From contig NC_027217.1 in the NCBI RefSeq assembly GCF_000981445.1, positions 1,736,001 to 1,800,000 on the forward strand: 64,000 nt of DNA. The letters run 5' to 3'. A model generated the notes under the pieces. The model ran no database searches. It was given only the letters and a program-made list of their open reading frames with translations, and was not told the origin of the DNA. The stretch is from Babesia bigemina (Eukaryota). The translations under genes and the position numbers were made by a program. Below, piece by piece: positions 60,358-64,000 of this stretch (the first letter of the stretch is position 1; every line of letters begins with the position of its first letter).

Positions 60358-63300
60358 TTGAAATGTCAATCCGTAAGGTACCACTGTAGTAATTTTAAAT
60401 TTGGTTGCTGTTGTGTGAAATAAGTAGGGTATGCACTTTCATCGGTCATCCGTAAGGTAAGTGGTAATCGGCATGGCAGTTCCCATTTACAAGATCCGTT
60501 ACGGCAAGTTGGGCGTTTCACCGTTACGAATCCGAGCTGCGTAGAAGCTGCGCTACCATCCATGTAACCGCTGGGCTCTGTCAAGCACGATATTAGAGAT
60601 CAAGGGCATCCCGTGCTCCTTATACAGCTGAAAGCGTCCAATGGAAAAAACGAGCAGTTATTAAACAAAACGGCGGTGAGGACTCAACAGTAGCCAGCGA
60701 AGATATTCGTGACCGTACATAATACAAATTAGGTCCAGGTAAATTTTGTATGTCACATACGACTGTTGGTGGAAAAATTGTGAGCGCGGGACTTTCCGTA
60801 ACTACTGAAAAATGATTCTGAATCAAAAGGTAGTTAAATCCGTTTACCCAGGTACTACGCATCCATTATATGCGATTTGTAAAGACAATATGTGCAAATA
60901 TAAGGTGTAATTAGTTTCCTCATCCTGTGTTTGCCACGTCAACCTATGCAATGCCACCCATTTGACATAAGGATGACATTCTGCGATACGATAACGACAT
61001 AAATCCGGCTATCTCAACGAGCGAAAGTCAACATTCGAAAAATACATTTTCACAGAAGCGTATGCAGCAGCAACTTAGCGTCCTACGACGGCCAGATCTC
61101 TGATGCTCCCTTCAGTGGTATAAGCATTTTTCAGGAATGGGCATATGTTGGAGCTACATCTTTATTAGTCTACAAATAATAATACGAGGCGCAAGATTAT
61201 ATGATATCATCACAACCGATTCTCTAATGAATGCGGCGATCTACACCGCAGGCTAACACTGCCTAAGGTGTGTATGAAAAATAGCCAGCGCATTAACTCC
61301 ATTGCATCCCAGCGTTACGTGCCTAAAATGAAGGCATTGCTTAAATCATTGTATTCATTACATGTCATGATAAGCTGCCAGAGACGTCGCTCCGCGTGTC
61401 ATACCACAACTAGGTATGAAGTGTTTTCCTCAGGACTTTGGATTAATGAGCAACTTTGTTATACGTAGGCCTAAAGGGCGCAAAACAGTAGATCGATTTA
61501 ATGCGTTCATGTACGGTAAATGTGACCAAAATACCAGTAGCCGTGGGGAACGCATTAAGGTAAGGAAGAGAGCCCGTGGCTTCTACGGCACGCGGTACGA
61601 ACTCAAATACGACACATCGGGTTTTGTAATATTTTTGCGGCTCTACGAATGCCACATGGGCTGGTAAAGCTAAATATTTGCGGTGATTTGAGAATGCTTC
61701 GTTGTAGTTAACGCGCACCATCCTTCCCCACATAGCTTCCATTGTTAATATTTTGCAAGAAGGCGGCAACAAAAAGGCGCATTAAGCCAGATGCCCAACC
61801 AATTAAAGTCTATAAAAAAGCTAATGGTCGGCGGGTGGGTCATGGCTCAATGATGAAAGGGGTTAATTACACAGTCGCATAATATGGTAGGCAACGAGAC
61901 CACGCATTCTCGACAGGGAAGTCGAGTGTTGGTTGTCCTGGATTCACAGACGCAATTGGAGAACTATTGCCGTTCTGTCATCCCGCGGCGGTGGTTCTCC
62001 ACAACATATACACAACCTTCCAGGTGAGATGTACGCCTCGGTGACAAGGGTTGTTTAATATGAGGGAGTGTGTTGGCGCACCTTGTCGATGTGATTTGGG
62101 CCCATGGCATAAGTGGAAATTAATTGGTCATATGATCTCTTGGCTTTGTATCGTATTGCTGGTAGTAATTTATATGGGCGACTCTGACGAAAATACAGAA
62201 TATGCAGTCTTCGGCGGATATGCAGGTTGACTGCTAAAACGGAGCGGCTAAGGCGTTGCGCATTTGCATCGCCTCGTATACGCAAATTACGACCGCAGTC
62301 AGTGATGACTGCAGACGCGTCAATGTAGTATCATCCGGGATGTTCTATGAGCTAATCTATTATGTGTGCAATTGGGTTATTAATTGAGCATGATGTGTGA
62401 TCTCATGGATATTAGGCGTTATGTCGTGTATATTATGCACTCCTGAGGTCGATATGCTTTTGGACGTACAGTGAATGGCTATCATGAGATTCTTCAGCAG
62501 GTTCTGAAGGCGTACCTTAGGGTTACACTGACATGAGTTTCTTCGACATATGCGCAGTGTCTGGGATTCATGAAATAGATTAGCGTGATCAATTGATGTC
62601 ATACTGTGTATCGACGTCGTCTCCTTGCGAAAAACCAGGAGAAAATGTGGCTACCACTTCCGTGTATCAAATGCACCGCTCTGCTGTAATGCGTGGTAGA
62701 ATATGGGTGCCTTGAAAGTAAAATAGTGCCGCATTATGTTTTGTGATGCGCGAAATGCTGAGTGCCCAAAATGGTCAAAGTGCCAATTATCGGAATACGC
62801 CTTACATAGTTGTATGGCTAAAATATTACGTAGCATCGCATCTCTTCTGGAATTTTAAGACTCATCATGTGTAGAAGATGAAGCGATGTTGTGATTGCCG
62901 CAGGGCAACATGAAGTGTTCCGGTGGTATCTCGAATACAATCACTGCAGAGAGTAAAAACATCGGACACACTTTTGTGATTTTAATATTTATATCGTATG
63001 TTACAGTTGTGGGTCACTGGTCGAACAGCGATCTATGGTGTTGCTCGTTTTTTGGCGCTTTCATTGTTCATTGTGTGGTTGCTGGTGGCACAACGGCACT
63101 CCGAGGTGGCTGTCACTCAGACGTCTTGAGCCACAGCGGATTGCAAAAGGCCGCACTTAACGAGTACTTCACGAGCACGAATGCATACTATATACAGTCG
63201 ACGCATTACGGCGTCAGTAGTGACAATCAGGAAGTACGTACACTTTGCGCCGCTTTGTCTTTTGCGAGCCTATAGAAGTAAGACAAAACCGCTGAAATGT

Positions 63301-64000
63301 CGTAAAACACATACAGCGTATAATGTGACATGCCTATAATTGAGCATCCGAGGCATCGGCCGTTCTAATCAGACGCTCAACCTACGGCGTAAGACCACCT
63401 ACTCGCAAATCCAACTGCTAGCCATGAAAAACCACACTAGAGCGCTCAGACATGTAATCGTGCACATTTATAAGTCGGTGTTGCGCAGCATAATAGTATA
63501 TTGGCCAATTGCGTTACACCATATGGCACATGGAGAAACGGCACTAGGGCCGTGCGTAATACCGCCACACATTAGCCGTAGATTTATGTTACATAAAGGA
63601 CGTTTCAACAACTGTTTCACAGCACATATGTGTCACGGATGTGTAGAGTAACGAGAGCAAAAGGCCCCGTGCAGCTGAAACCGTAGCGTGACTAATACTA
63701 TCCAAAGGATCAAATCGAGCAAAGACGTCACTATACCGGCGCAAATTGGTACAAGACAGAGAAACGTCTGTAGAAATGTAAAACAGGCGGCGTCAATGAG
63801 CAGCAGATGGAGACTTGTCGCAAACTGCAACCCGTACACATTTGAAGCAGGACTGGATGGCCAGACGACGCTAGCGAACGAGCGGAGCTGGCAATAGCAT
63901 ATCTCGAACGTGGATGTATGACAATGATTCGCTGAAATGTCATCGGACGCCGTCCCTACTTCGTCTGTCAACGACATCACACAATGGAGCGACAAGAAAA

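Noticed and set aside
1..64000. CRISPR arrays, transposases/retroelements, telomeric repeats, prokaryotic operons
   Set aside because: None seen. The sequence is intron-containing eukaryotic DNA with no regular spaced repeats or RT/transposase motifs.

Overview
Eukaryotic, gene-dense apicomplexan DNA, almost certainly a Babesia species (B. bigemina/B. ovata-like), judged from the short ves-like genes, s48/45 6-Cys gene, alveolin and 34-41 nt GT-AG introns. Left end (0-9 kb): a variable surface-antigen block with a degenerate ~2.4 kb tandem duplication carrying two short VESA-N-terminus-like genes, plus a 6-Cys protein. Next come a ~5017 aa VPS13 and PRP4. An AT-richer island (28-35.5 kb) holds a Cys-rich single-TM mini-protein and a double-length ApiAT-plus-second-domain transporter. 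A housekeeping run follows: GcvT-like, ER GRP170-type HSP70, FHA-RINGv, aspartate carbamoyltransferase, RINT1/TIP20-like, USB1, a secreted thioredoxin, a rhomboid, a hidden 92 aa spliced microprotein, a MATH-like protein and an IMC alveolin. Gene models were spliced by hand, and family calls come from motif recognition, not database searches. I found no RNA genes, CRISPR arrays or mobile elements, and I cannot demonstrate a wholly new system. The best leads are the fused transporter/Cys-rich island, the cryptic microprotein, the frameshifted Lys-rich tail of the ves-like gene and the membrane-anchor-like N-terminus on ATCase.
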